Below, piece after piece: positions 30,108-39,719 of a stretch of DNA of 64,000 bases. This DNA is from Candidatus Latescibacterota bacterium. GTDB taxonomy: Bacteria; Latescibacterota; UBA2968. The notes beneath the pieces were generated by a model that ran no database searches, was not told the DNA's origin, and saw only the letters and a list, made by a program, of their open reading frames with translations. The stretch spans positions 3,584,001 through 3,648,000 of the forward strand of contig OZ220741.1 of the NCBI GenBank assembly GCA_965116885.1. The letters run 5' to 3'. The position numbers and the translations under genes are program-made. The stretch's first letter is position 1, and every line of letters begins with the position of its first letter.

Positions 30108-31277
30108 TTACGTCTGTTTTGGAGCGTGCGATTCCCGCAAAAACGCAGAGATCACAAAGAGTGCAAGGAATGCTGGAAGGACTGCCAGCAACAATGGATA
30201 GGCCATTTCACCTGTCATCCCGAGTGCTGCGACTCCAAGCAGCGGCGCAATTAACAAAGAGAGATCCATAAGGGAATCAAATGCCCCCATGGCGGCTCCT
30301 ATATATGACGTGTCAAACGCCTCCGAAGCGTACACGAATGATAATAAGTATGGCACTGCATTTGTAAGACAAAAGAGAACGTAGAACCCTATCAGCAGGG
30401 ATAGACTGTCGGCATAGACCAGTCCCACTCCCGATAGAACCAGGAGCCCGAGAGACGCGAGAACATAGATTTTTCGTCCCACTTTCTCAGAGATTGCTCC
30501 GGTGAAGTATGAGGATACACTGAATGCAAATGAACCGGTTGCCAGAATTAGCCCGATCTCCCAGGCGTCGAATCCCAACACCTCGCCCTTTGTCGGCACA
30601 AACACTCCGAAAATCCCGAAGGCAAACAGACCCGCGAATCCCATCAGAAGATAGACAAATACGCGACTGTTCCCAAAGGTTGCACCAAGGCTGCGAAAAA
30701 CGCCCAGATTGTGCTCCGATGAAGCCCGTTCTCCACCCTTGATCAGATAGAAAGCAGCACAGAAGGCCACGAGTGAGAGAAGCCCGTCCACAAGGAATGG
30801 AGCCCGAAGCGAAGCCAACGAAAGCGCTGCTCCTATGGCGGGGCCAACCACGAAGGACAGTCCTTGACTGCTTCTGAGGATCCCGAAGAACCGCCCTGGA
30901 GCATCCTTACCAAGCGTTGAAGTGATTGCCAGGAGAGCGGGCATCGAGATGGCATCAGCGACACCACCGAGGACTCGAAGAATTACCAAATGGACCCAGT
31001 CGCTCGCAATCAGACACAAAAGAGATGAAACTGAACCGAGGGCCGTGCCTATCAGAATGAGACGTTTCCGTGAGAAGCGATCCGCAAGGGTACCTGCGAA
31101 GAATTGGGCGACTACCACTGTGGCAAGGGCGGCCGACACGACTATGGGTATCTGGTACGTTTCAGCCCCGAGTTCCGTGCTGAGTCTCGGCAATACGGGA
31201 AGGCTGACGAGAGTACTCAGGAAGATGATGAACGCCATCAAGCCAATGGCATACATCCTGTGCAGATCAGATGTCAT
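30108..31277 (-). CDS. MFS transporter
   Basis: About 12 hydrophobic segments; GTLADRFSRKR motif A. Confidence 0.9.
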   Translation of the reverse strand: MTSDLHRMYAIGLMAFIIFLSTLVSLPVLPRLSTELGAETYQIPIVVSAALATVVVAQFFAGTLADRFSRKRLILIGTALGSVSSLLCLIASDWVHLVILRVLGGVADAISMPALLAITSTLGKDAPGRFFGILRSSQGLSFVVGPAIGAALSLASLRAPFLVDGLLSLVAFCAAFYLIKGGERASSEHNLGVFRSLGATFGNSRVFVYLLMGFAGLFAFGIFGVFVPTKGEVLGFDAWEIGLILATGSFAFSVSSYFTGAISEKVGRKIYVLASLGLLVLSGVGLVYADSLSLLIGFYVLFCLTNAVPYLLSFVYASEAFDTSYIGAAMGAFDSLMDLSLLIAPLLGVAALGMTGEMAYPLLLAVLPAFLALFVISAFLRESHAPKQT

Positions 31278-31331
31278 TCCCCCTCCTCTATAGGGTAGGT
31301 TGTCGAATGGCAGAAGGAGTGCAGCGACTGA

Positions 31332-31368
31332 AGCACGGACACATGGTTAAGCGTCCGTGCTGTTTTTT
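31332..31368 (+). terminator. Rho-independent terminator-like hairpin oriented for plus-strand transcripts
   Basis: agcacggac-N12-gtccgtgct followed by gtttttt. Confidence 0.5.
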
Positions 31369-31374
31369 GTTATC

Positions 31375-32529
31375 TTATTTTTGGGTGGGAAATAAGTGTT
31401 GCAGAGAATTCTTGGCAGATAGCGTATCATCAAATGGTTCGATTTTATTATTTTCAACAATAACTGATGAACGATCTCTTGGAGCAACATCAATTTCAAC
31501 AACTAATATCTTTGGATCGTTGGTGTAAAAAACATTGTTCACAACAGTGTTATCCCGCCCTGTTGGAGCAGGGATATTTTTCTGATCAAGATAGTCCACC
31601 CTTACTGGATCGTCCGTTTTTTTATTAAAAATCTGAATATATCGAGTCAGGTTCTTATTAGATCCGATGAATTTATTATCCTTTATGATGTTGGCAAATC
31701 CCGCCAGTTTGACAACCTCTTTATTGTAGGATTTTTCATAACAGTATAGAATATTATTCCGGACAGTTACAAATGAGGCCGCGTATTTGATATCGATATA
31801 TTGCCCCAGTAATCCCGGTCCCAATATGCTTTCCTCAACTATGATATTATGGGCTCTTGCCATTTTTCCTCTTTCTTCAAGCCCTTTTGATGAGCCAATA
31901 TAAAAGCCTTCTCCTTCATGGGCGTTATAATCTTTATCCAGCCATTCTCCAATATGATGGATTTTCATTCTTCTAAAGGTGTTATGGTGACTTTCATTCC
32001 TGATCGCTACAGCAGTGTTATGTGTATGATGTATATGCACATTTTCAATAATATTATGGTGTGATCCCGATCCCAATAAATATAAACCGATACGAAAACC
32101 ATGCGTGTTCCAATACCCCTTGTCCAGAGACACTTTCTTCCCGGTTATTTCTATGCGGGAAATGTTCCAGAACGAGCCACTTAGTTTGATTGCTACCAAA
32201 TCCTCTTCCTTTTTTTGACCAACTGTGGAAATTACAGCATATCGACCCTGGCCCGTGCTGTCTTTTGATGTAAGGGTGATTCTATTTTTAGCGGACCCAT
32301 TTGCATGTAGCTTAAAACTCTTATCGATTTCATACACTTTGCCGCCCTGAAGCACAATCGTATCACCAGGCTTGACGGTATCCAATGCATCGTAAACATC
32401 CTTGCTTGTAGCGCATTGATAAATATCGCTGGCGTAAAGCACATTGATATTGGCAATCAACAGGGAAAAGGAAATAATCAAAGGAGGCAAGAGTCGTTTC
32501 GGGGCTAAACTGTTAATGACGTTTTTCAT
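31375..32529 (-). CDS. Secreted right-handed parallel beta-helix protein (pectate-lyase-like)
   Basis: Signal peptide, VKPGDTIVL, Asn/Ile-rich repeats, GEGFYIG, IDIK; visibly AT-rich. Confidence 0.75.
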   Translation of the reverse strand: MKNVINSLAPKRLLPPLIISFSLLIANINVLYASDIYQCATSKDVYDALDTVKPGDTIVLQGGKVYEIDKSFKLHANGSAKNRITLTSKDSTGQGRYAVISTVGQKKEEDLVAIKLSGSFWNISRIEITGKKVSLDKGYWNTHGFRIGLYLLGSGSHHNIIENVHIHHTHNTAVAIRNESHHNTFRRMKIHHIGEWLDKDYNAHEGEGFYIGSSKGLEERGKMARAHNIIVEESILGPGLLGQYIDIKYAASFVTVRNNILYCYEKSYNKEVVKLAGFANIIKDNKFIGSNKNLTRYIQIFNKKTDDPVRVDYLDQKNIPAPTGRDNTVVNNVFYTNDPKILVVEIDVAPRDRSSVIVENNKIEPFDDTLSAKNSLQHLFPTQK

Positions 32530-33626
32530 ACATCCCTCACCATATCGTTCTCAGCCGACAGCCGTGCGACCTCCCCGCGCAGTCGGGCATTCTCTGTTAC
32601 GATCTTGCCAGCGCGAACGTCTGCCTCCCTGAACTTTGCCATGAAAACTGCTCCGTTTGGCGTGCGATTGTAATCGTAAATGATGTAGATTGTTCCATCG
32701 TCTGCCTGCACGCCATCGGGATAGGTGACCTTATCCCGTTCATCCAGCATGAGTCCGCCCTGCCACGTCTGGCCTTCATCGTCGGATACAAACGCCACCA
32801 GTTTCTCGCGTCTCGTTTTTTCGGTCATGGATCCATGTTTGACCAATAACAATGCGCCAGGTTTCAAACGACGCACAAAAAATCGGGTGGTAGGATGTGG
32901 TATTTTAAGACGTTCAACGGGCGTCCAGGTCTTTCCAAGATCGTGAGAAACTGTCTGGCCGATGCCACGGACTCGCACCAGCATCCAGAGTGAGCCATCC
33001 TTTCGCTCAACAATCATCGGTTCATCAGGCCCCCGCAATTCCGCGTTGACAATATTGGCAGTACCACGAAGCTCGAAGGTCTTGCCCTGATCGCGCGAGG
33101 CATAGACCTTGATGCTGTTGTCAGTCTTCCATACAGACGAGGTAAAGAGCCAATCGCCATTCGATAGTACCGTTGGTTTGTTCAACATGATGCCATTACC
33201 CAATCGACGCGGTTTCGACCATGTTGGGTTCTCAGCATCTGGATTGCTGGTGACAATAGTCCATATGCCGTAACGGCCATCTTGTTGACCAAAACTCTGT
33301 CCCCAGAAAACCCACAGCCGATCCTGGGGATCGGTCCAGATGGAAGCGGACATAGCCCGAACGTCCCTGCAGGGCAGTACCATGATTTTTGGATCTGACC
33401 AGGTGTGCCCATCGTCATCACTACGAATCAAGACCTGGTAGTTTCGAGGGCTTTCGACATCCCGCCCGTAAACTACCCACAACCGTCCCTTTGCGGTGCG
33501 TTCGATGCCTGGCACGCCCTGTCGCGTGGTCGGCGGCACATGCTGTTTCCACGGATTGACAATGACCGTCGCCGGTTCGAGTGCAATATCGGCATCACGC
33601 TGTTTCTCTATTTCTGAATCTGTCAT
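32526..33626 (-). CDS. Sialidase-family (BNR/Asp-box) protein
   Basis: RQGVPGIER; Asp boxes SDDDGHTW, SRDQGKTF, SHDLGKTW, SDDEGQTW; TYPD. Confidence 0.85.
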   Translation of the reverse strand: MTDSEIEKQRDADIALEPATVIVNPWKQHVPPTTRQGVPGIERTAKGRLWVVYGRDVESPRNYQVLIRSDDDGHTWSDPKIMVLPCRDVRAMSASIWTDPQDRLWVFWGQSFGQQDGRYGIWTIVTSNPDAENPTWSKPRRLGNGIMLNKPTVLSNGDWLFTSSVWKTDNSIKVYASRDQGKTFELRGTANIVNAELRGPDEPMIVERKDGSLWMLVRVRGIGQTVSHDLGKTWTPVERLKIPHPTTRFFVRRLKPGALLLVKHGSMTEKTRREKLVAFVSDDEGQTWQGGLMLDERDKVTYPDGVQADDGTIYIIYDYNRTPNGAVFMAKFREADVRAGKIVTENARLRGEVARLSAENDMVRDV

Positions 33627-33892
33627 GTTGTTTTCCTCAATCTGGACACCTGAGATACAAACTCACGGTAAAGTCCTTCAATGTCCTCAACGCCTACCCA
33701 AACCATACCATGTGCCTCGCCGACTGGATTTGCACTGAGATATATCGTCCAATCATCTCAACTCACGGATGCAAACGAACCGTCGTGCGTCCAATCCACC
33801 CTGAAACCCAAAGCGCTCTGATAATATTCCAGGCTGCTGTCAAGGTCTGAGCAACTGAGAATCGGGATTATGACCTCTACCATCTTTTGCAT
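33623..33892 (-). pseudogene. VOC/glyoxalase (bleomycin-resistance-like) pseudogene
   Basis: Not in the ORF track. MQKMVEVIIPILSCSDLDSSLEYYQSALGFRVDW...FASVS*DDWTIYL...VWVGVEDIEGLYREF; in-frame TGA at 33758-33760; C-terminal third missing. Confidence 0.75.
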
Positions 33893-33979
33893 GAGAACCT
33901 TTTCTTTTAAATTTTTTTACAAGATTCCTGTCCCAGCTAGCGGGTAAGGCACAAAAATCCTTCTTCACTCAGTGTTCTG

Positions 33980-34579
33980 TCAACTCAAGATCCCTCTGGA
34001 GACCAGATGGGATTCGAGTGTCTCTACAGTTGTATAGTGATGGGTTTTCAGCCCAACGGAAATGGCAGTTTCAATATTTGGCAGCCTGTCGTCGATGAAC
34101 AGGGATTCCTCTGCAGCAACATGCATGGTTCGCAGCACATATGTGAACGCCCGTGGATCGCTCTTGGTGAATCCAGTCTCATAGGAATAAAACTGCCGCT
34201 TAAAGACCTGCAAAAAAGGGTGATTTTGTCTGACGAAATCACCCCATTCTCTTCCATGATCTGAAAGGATGACTACATCCATCTTCTCTGCCAGCGATGT
34301 AACGAGTGCGATTGCGCGATTGTCGGATTGAAGAAGGTTTCGCCTTATCGTTTCTCTCAGCCCTTCTACAGTGATCGGCCAGCATTTCTCAGAGATTATC
34401 TCGCTGAGATACTCGTCCTCTGTTATACGCCCTACGAACAAAGTTGTGAGCAGTTTTCCACCAAAGCATGACAAGATTTCATCTTGTGGGATTCCCAGTA
34501 TTGGCTGAAGTTCTACTTCTATTCCGTACAGGCCAGAAACAAGTACCTCAGAGAGATCGGAAATGATGAGCCTTATCAT
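33980..34579 (-). CDS. HAD-family hydrolase
   Basis: IISDLSEVL, LSDH, KSDPRAF, FIDD. Confidence 0.85.
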   Translation of the reverse strand: MIRLIISDLSEVLVSGLYGIEVELQPILGIPQDEILSCFGGKLLTTLFVGRITEDEYLSEIISEKCWPITVEGLRETIRRNLLQSDNRAIALVTSLAEKMDVVILSDHGREWGDFVRQNHPFLQVFKRQFYSYETGFTKSDPRAFTYVLRTMHVAAEESLFIDDRLPNIETAISVGLKTHHYTTVETLESHLVSRGILS

Positions 34580-34716
34580 CGTCTATGATTCTTTCGTCAA
34601 ATAAGTCTTGTGGTTTCAAAGCCGAATGGCAGGTAATGTCTTCGACATGCCCGAATTGGGATGGTTGGGCGTCTTTCAATTAATACGGCTGCTATTGCCG
34701 ACGCAGGTGTGACAAT

Positions 34717-34789
34717 TTTACCACTCATCCAGATTGCGATCAAAAAAACTCATAATAGCCCTGGAATCCGGTCTATCCATATAAGCCAT
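34717..34789. repeat. 3' end of Ham1 gene, duplicated at 42352-42424
   Basis: 73 bp, 2 mismatches by manual alignment. Confidence 0.95.
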
Positions 34790-35314
34790 GTCTGAAAAAT
34801 AACATCTACTATCGAGATCACACATTATCGAATTGAGAGGCGCACCGGGAATAGTTTTTTGGCTCTGATTTGAAGTAAATAGCACTTCCATTTGCCAACT
34901 GTGAAGAAGGGGTGTAGCCTCACTGTGAACCAGAGCAATGCAATTGTGCCAGGTGCCAACAGTTGAGCCACCAACAGAACATATTTTTTTTACATAATGG
35001 TCAATAATCTGCTGGTCTGTGACCTCTTGCTCTCGGGAACAAATTCGCCGGACAAAAACGTTGGGCTGCTCCTTTTTTGACAATCCATTGATCACCAGCC
35101 CAGAATCGATCGCAAAAGATGGGAGGCCCGATGTTTGATAATAAGCTATTGCCTTTTTGATCGCATTCTTTTCAGGGGTATCGCCGTCTTCAGTGACATC
35201 TAATTTTAGTCCCAATTGGATAGGGTCTATAATTTCAATTGAAAACGGCGATAAAATATGTCTAACATGGCGAATTTTTTCTTTATTAGCCGTTCCAAAT
35301 AGAATCTTCTTCAT
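34718..35314 (-). CDS. Ham1/ITPase-family non-canonical purine NTP pyrophosphatase
   Basis: FGTANKEK, EDGDTPEKNAIKKA, IDSGL. Confidence 0.8.
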   Translation of the reverse strand: MKKILFGTANKEKIRHVRHILSPFSIEIIDPIQLGLKLDVTEDGDTPEKNAIKKAIAYYQTSGLPSFAIDSGLVINGLSKKEQPNVFVRRICSREQEVTDQQIIDHYVKKICSVGGSTVGTWHNCIALVHSEATPLLHSWQMEVLFTSNQSQKTIPGAPLNSIMCDLDSRCYFSDMAYMDRPDSRAIMSFFDRNLDEW

Positions 35315-35462
35315 TGAAAAATAAACCTCTGTTCTGTATAGAGTTAAAACAGTATTTTTTTCTGAACGGATTCAAGATTTTCCTGTCCATTCAATCTGGT
35401 AAGGAGGTGGTTGCGTACCGTCGATATCTGTAAATCCATATTCACGAGATAGGTTTCCAATA

Positions 35463-35491
35463 TTGAGAACCTGCCCCGTTCGTGATATAAT
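35463..35491 (+). promoter_or_regulatory. Sigma70-type promoter
   Basis: TTGAGA-17 bp-TATAAT with extended -10 TG. Confidence 0.6.
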
Positions 35492-35520
35492 ATTCGGGTC
35501 GCAAGCAAGGACGACGACAG

Positions 35521-36303
35521 CTATTTGCTTTCTCCGTTCTTTATCGCCTTCAGAATGAACTGAGCGGGCAAGCCATCTGATGAGTCATCACGAGCACTCG
35601 AGTATTCCAAAAGATACACGATGCGCAGCCCGGATTGGGCTACGGCTGTAACGATGCTCCCTAGCATATGAGACCACTCAATTGTAGTGAGCCGTTCACC
35701 TTCTGGATTCCACTCATTCGGCTCTTCTTGTATCTCCGTGAATGGACCCTCGACGAAGTAAGTCTCCCGATATGAACACCCCTCTGCTTTTTCTTTCGCA
35801 AACCCTGTGAGAGGATGACAGCCGTGAAGAATGAAGATACCGCCTGATTTCAGGGTCAAGTAGACACTTTCAAACCATCTGTCAAGATCGCCAATCCAGG
35901 CGGTAACCCAGGAAGAGAAGACTATGTCGAAGCCGCCCTCGAGTAGATTCTCTGGCAGTTTGAGAATATCGGCGAGAACCAATCGGCAACTGACACCCAA
36001 TTCATCTGCGAACTTCTTAGCGGTTTCTAACTGGACTGGCGAGTTATCTACTCCAACAACCTGAGCCCCTTTGTGCGCCCAGGCCAGTAATTCGGAGCCT
36101 TCTCCACACCCCAGATCAAGTAGTTTCCTTCCGGTAAGTTCACCTGCCAACTCAAAGAAGATCGGTTCAAGACGATAGTTGCCATCCCGAATTCCTTTGA
36201 CAGGATCCTGGCGAATTTTTACTAGACCCGCATCCCTTTGTCTTCGAAATGAATCCCAGGCATTTCGATTATGTTCCGCAGCCTGATCAGTCATATTGGT
36301 CAT
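35521..36303 (-). CDS. Class I SAM-dependent methyltransferase
   Basis: LLDLGCGEG, GVDNS, FDIVFS, LKSGG, HP. Confidence 0.9.
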   Translation of the reverse strand: MTNMTDQAAEHNRNAWDSFRRQRDAGLVKIRQDPVKGIRDGNYRLEPIFFELAGELTGRKLLDLGCGEGSELLAWAHKGAQVVGVDNSPVQLETAKKFADELGVSCRLVLADILKLPENLLEGGFDIVFSSWVTAWIGDLDRWFESVYLTLKSGGIFILHGCHPLTGFAKEKAEGCSYRETYFVEGPFTEIQEEPNEWNPEGERLTTIEWSHMLGSIVTAVAQSGLRIVYLLEYSSARDDSSDGLPAQFILKAIKNGESK

Positions 36304-36410
36304 GAATTGCCTCTATTTACGTTATTCTTCCACTCTCGTGCCCGAAGTGCATCCGTATTCGTTAAATAGAAAAGCCTTCAAACATAATTCTATCGACAAG
36401 CAGACAGCGT

Positions 36411-37433
36411 ATGCAAACATCTGAACAGACGAAGACCAATCTGAGGCGTTACGATACCCTCACCCGAATAGGCCAGGCTCGGCGTCTGCGAGAACTCGCG
36501 AAGTCCGCACTGCGTCAATTCGACATTCGCGTCCATCGCCTCGAACTCATCAAGCACCTGGTCAACACGACATTCAGACTCCGTTCAGATGAAGGAGAAT
36601 TTCTGGTTCGCATTCACCGAGAAAAAAACCACACCGTTCGCCTGGTCGAATCAGAACTGGCGTGGCTCCTGGCGCTATCCAAAGAAGCCGATGTTACAGT
36701 CCAGACACCCTATATCGCCCCAGACAGCAGAGTCGTTATTTTGGCGGAAGCCACCGGTGTGCCCCAAGCTTACCCCGTCACCGTGCTTTCATGGATCAAA
36801 GGAAGGATCGTGCCTCAGGCGCGTCGGACAACCGGGCATTACGAGAGCCTCGGTCGCCTTGTTGCCACACTACACAAACACGCGATGCAGTGGGATCCAC
36901 CTGACGATTTCGAACGCCCCGTCTATGATGCTATTCATCAACTGGGAAAGTTTTCAGTTCGACCCTTGCCTGAGTTAGGGCCTCGATACCTGCCCGCGCA
37001 CGTCTTGAGAGACATGGAAGCCGTCTATGAACGACGTCGAGAAGCCGAAAGGGTGTTGGGTACTGGTTGCGAGCATTTTGGCCTTATTCACTTTGACCTC
37101 AGCTTCAGCAACATCCTGTTCTCTGGCAGGGAAGCACTACCAATTGATTTCGATGCGTGTGGCTTCGGTTTTTATGCCTACGATCTCGGTGTTGCTCTGA
37201 CAGGTCCTTTTGCCTACGAGAACTTTATGGCCCGATGTGAGGCTGTCTTCCGAGGCTATCGCCAGGTCCTGCCTCTCAGGCGCGAATGGATTGAGTACCT
37301 CCCGACCTTCATGGCCTCTCGCACGGCTTCCTATATCTTACATGTCGCGGCCGATCCGAAGGCTGTAGAGTCACAGTGGCGCTCCCTTCTGCGTCCACTT
37401 CTTAAGGCCTCTCTTGATCAGTTTCCCTCCTGA
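36411..37433 (+). CDS. APH/homoserine-kinase-type-II family phosphotransferase
   Basis: NTTF, VRIH, SELAWL, LIHFDL..NIL, IDFD, YDL. Confidence 0.85.
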   Translation: MQTSEQTKTNLRRYDTLTRIGQARRLRELAKSALRQFDIRVHRLELIKHLVNTTFRLRSDEGEFLVRIHREKNHTVRLVESELAWLLALSKEADVTVQTPYIAPDSRVVILAEATGVPQAYPVTVLSWIKGRIVPQARRTTGHYESLGRLVATLHKHAMQWDPPDDFERPVYDAIHQLGKFSVRPLPELGPRYLPAHVLRDMEAVYERRREAERVLGTGCEHFGLIHFDLSFSNILFSGREALPIDFDACGFGFYAYDLGVALTGPFAYENFMARCEAVFRGYRQVLPLRREWIEYLPTFMASRTASYILHVAADPKAVESQWRSLLRPLLKASLDQFPS

Positions 37434-37491
37434 TGTCCCCTTACATCATTAAGTATCTCCGTTCGTTGGAGAGCGTGGATTTATTTCTACC

Positions 37492-39558
37492 CTAAAATCG
37501 ACCAAAATCTGGGAAACTGGCTTCAAAGAGATACGCGAGCTTTGTAAATACGGCGCGCCCACCTGGCAGTCTGTCAACAAACACAAAGTAGAAGTGGCTT
37601 TCTGGGGTGAACTCGTAGTCGAAGATTGCGTTGAAATTGTAGCTGATCTCATCTTGCAACCGTTCATCTACGCGTTCAAAAAAAATGCGCCAACCGGTCT
37701 TTTGGGTCAATTGATAGTTACTGCGGAGCCGGAAAATTAGCGTATTTCGATGTGTACGCCAAAAGAAATTATCCAGGTCGAGATCAGCGGTCAACTTGCC
37801 AAATAGGTTGACACCCGCAGAGAAGCTGGTAAATCGGTTGAATTCATCTCGACGGGTTCCGAAACGATTTGAAACCTCCAGGTGCCACCACGGTGCCTGA
37901 TAATCAATCACTGAGCCGATAAACCTGGTATCGAAAAGTTGACCGACTTCGCGAAGGGCGCCAAACCCACCATAGGTGAAGAAATCAAATCGACCAATAT
38001 CAATATCAAAACGGAACTCACTCCGCCGTTCCCGCAGCAATTTTTGTGCATTGGTTTGGTAAAAATGGCGCATATCAGCACCCAATGACTGCACGAGATT
38101 CGCCTCTGGAAACTCGTGTCTGTACCTCACGCGAGCACGCCCCCGACGGAATGCCTCATCTTCAAGCCCCATCTCATTTGGACGAAAGCCATCCTGGATC
38201 TCTTCAAGCGCGATTTCGGTCAGCCAACCTTCATGAAGCCATTCCAACTCCGTGTGATACGCCCGATGCGTTTCGCCATCGATGAAATCGACAGCATACT
38301 GCGACGTTACAGTCCAGTCTCGATGAAGTCCAAATCGACCATTGAGTGATAGGAGTGCCACATCTCGATCTGCCTGGTGTTTATGGATTCCCATTGCGCC
38401 GATGACAGTGCGCTCGCCGATGTCGTAATTAACCCGCCCAGCCAAAAGATTTGCCTGCTTTTTTTTGTCTGCATCATACCGATCGATCATTTTGCCGTAA
38501 GTGTTGATGACCGCGAAATTAGAACCGCCAATTTTACCTGCTGTTTTTACACCAAAATCGATTTCTTGAACGCGGCGGGTATAGAATAAATTGAGCGGCA
38601 GCCTGAACAGTTCAGCACCTTCCCGGAAGAATGGACGGCGTTCTGGGAGAGACAACTCCCGATCACTTGATATGTTAATTTGCGTCGGGTCACTTTCCAA
38701 TTGTGAAAAATCGGGATTGAAAGTCACATTCGAGGTGAGGTGCGTCGAAATCGGGAGAATGAGGTCTAAACCACCATCGTGGTCATTGGAACGATTTTCT
38801 ATTGCACGATAGGTCCCGTAGGGGAGAATACCGATCTTCTGCTCTGTTTTGATCTTTTCGAAATTCAATCCGGTCAAATCGCCAAACTCCGATACGCGCC
38901 CGAAAAAATCGGTGCGTGCCCACGAATAGGATTGACCATTTATCGGATGTGTCCGCCAAAAGTTGATTCCCCACGTCGTATTGTGCCGATTAAAACGGAG
39001 CACGCGAAACGGGATCGCAAATTCTGCGGTCCAGTGATTTCGGTGTTTTTTTATTTTCGATTTCCATTTTGCATCCCAACTCAGGTCGAAGACACTCTCA
39101 TTACTGACCCGCTCGTCCATCTGTGTGCCGAGTGTATTGATTCCAAAAACGTAGCAGTTGCGACGGTCGCGATAGGTATCAATCATCACTTCGATACAGT
39201 CATTCTGCCAGATCGCGGAATCCCGGCGTATTTTCGTTTCACGCAAACTCTTCATGTCCGGCTCATCGCAATATACGCCGATATAGAGCATGTGCTCGTC
39301 GTACAAAATCCTGACTTCCGTGTTCAATTGCGCTGGATGGATGCTTCCCTCCTTTGCACGAAAGAAATTGGTTGCAATTTGGGCGCGTTGCCAGACACTG
39401 TCTGTAAGCTCGCCATCAATAATGGGGGGATTATCCGTCCATGTGGCACTGATGGTGCGCGTCGAGCTTTGCGTTTCAGCGAAAAGCGGTAGCGTCAGCA
39501 GCACAATTAGCACCCAAATTATCGCGCATGACCACCGCACCTGTTTGGCTTTCTCCAC
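37492..39558 (-). CDS. Secreted CBM9-like/DUF5916 protein (probable outer-membrane beta-barrel)
   Basis: Signal peptide, PIIDGEL, WTAEFAIPF, NPDFSQLE, PERRPFF, FYTRR. Confidence 0.8.
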   Translation of the reverse strand: MEKAKQVRWSCAIIWVLIVLLTLPLFAETQSSTRTISATWTDNPPIIDGELTDSVWQRAQIATNFFRAKEGSIHPAQLNTEVRILYDEHMLYIGVYCDEPDMKSLRETKIRRDSAIWQNDCIEVMIDTYRDRRNCYVFGINTLGTQMDERVSNESVFDLSWDAKWKSKIKKHRNHWTAEFAIPFRVLRFNRHNTTWGINFWRTHPINGQSYSWARTDFFGRVSEFGDLTGLNFEKIKTEQKIGILPYGTYRAIENRSNDHDGGLDLILPISTHLTSNVTFNPDFSQLESDPTQINISSDRELSLPERRPFFREGAELFRLPLNLFYTRRVQEIDFGVKTAGKIGGSNFAVINTYGKMIDRYDADKKKQANLLAGRVNYDIGERTVIGAMGIHKHQADRDVALLSLNGRFGLHRDWTVTSQYAVDFIDGETHRAYHTELEWLHEGWLTEIALEEIQDGFRPNEMGLEDEAFRRGRARVRYRHEFPEANLVQSLGADMRHFYQTNAQKLLRERRSEFRFDIDIGRFDFFTYGGFGALREVGQLFDTRFIGSVIDYQAPWWHLEVSNRFGTRRDEFNRFTSFSAGVNLFGKLTADLDLDNFFWRTHRNTLIFRLRSNYQLTQKTGWRIFFERVDERLQDEISYNFNAIFDYEFTPESHFYFVFVDRLPGGRAVFTKLAYLFEASFPDFGRF

Positions 39559-39607
39559 CGTTTTTGCCTCCTGATCTGGACATTACAAGTCATAAGGGTG
39601 AGGAAGA

Positions 39608-39719
39608 CAAGGTTCATGTGGTTTAGACAAATGGAATGGGGTTTAGGTTTTCCGACCGAGCTATTGAGGGAAGTTAGCAATTGAGGACATTGCTTTTGTG
39701 CGCGATTTAGCGGGGTGGG
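39608..39719. repeat. trpD stop region plus downstream intergenic sequence, duplicated at 43269-43380
   Basis: About 112 bp with ~6 substitutions and 2 indels by manual alignment. Confidence 0.95.

Noticed and set aside
33758..33760. In-frame TGA read as selenocysteine
   Set aside because: The position fits Arg (CGA>TGA) rather than Cys, no SECIS-like hairpin is evident, and the gene is also truncated.
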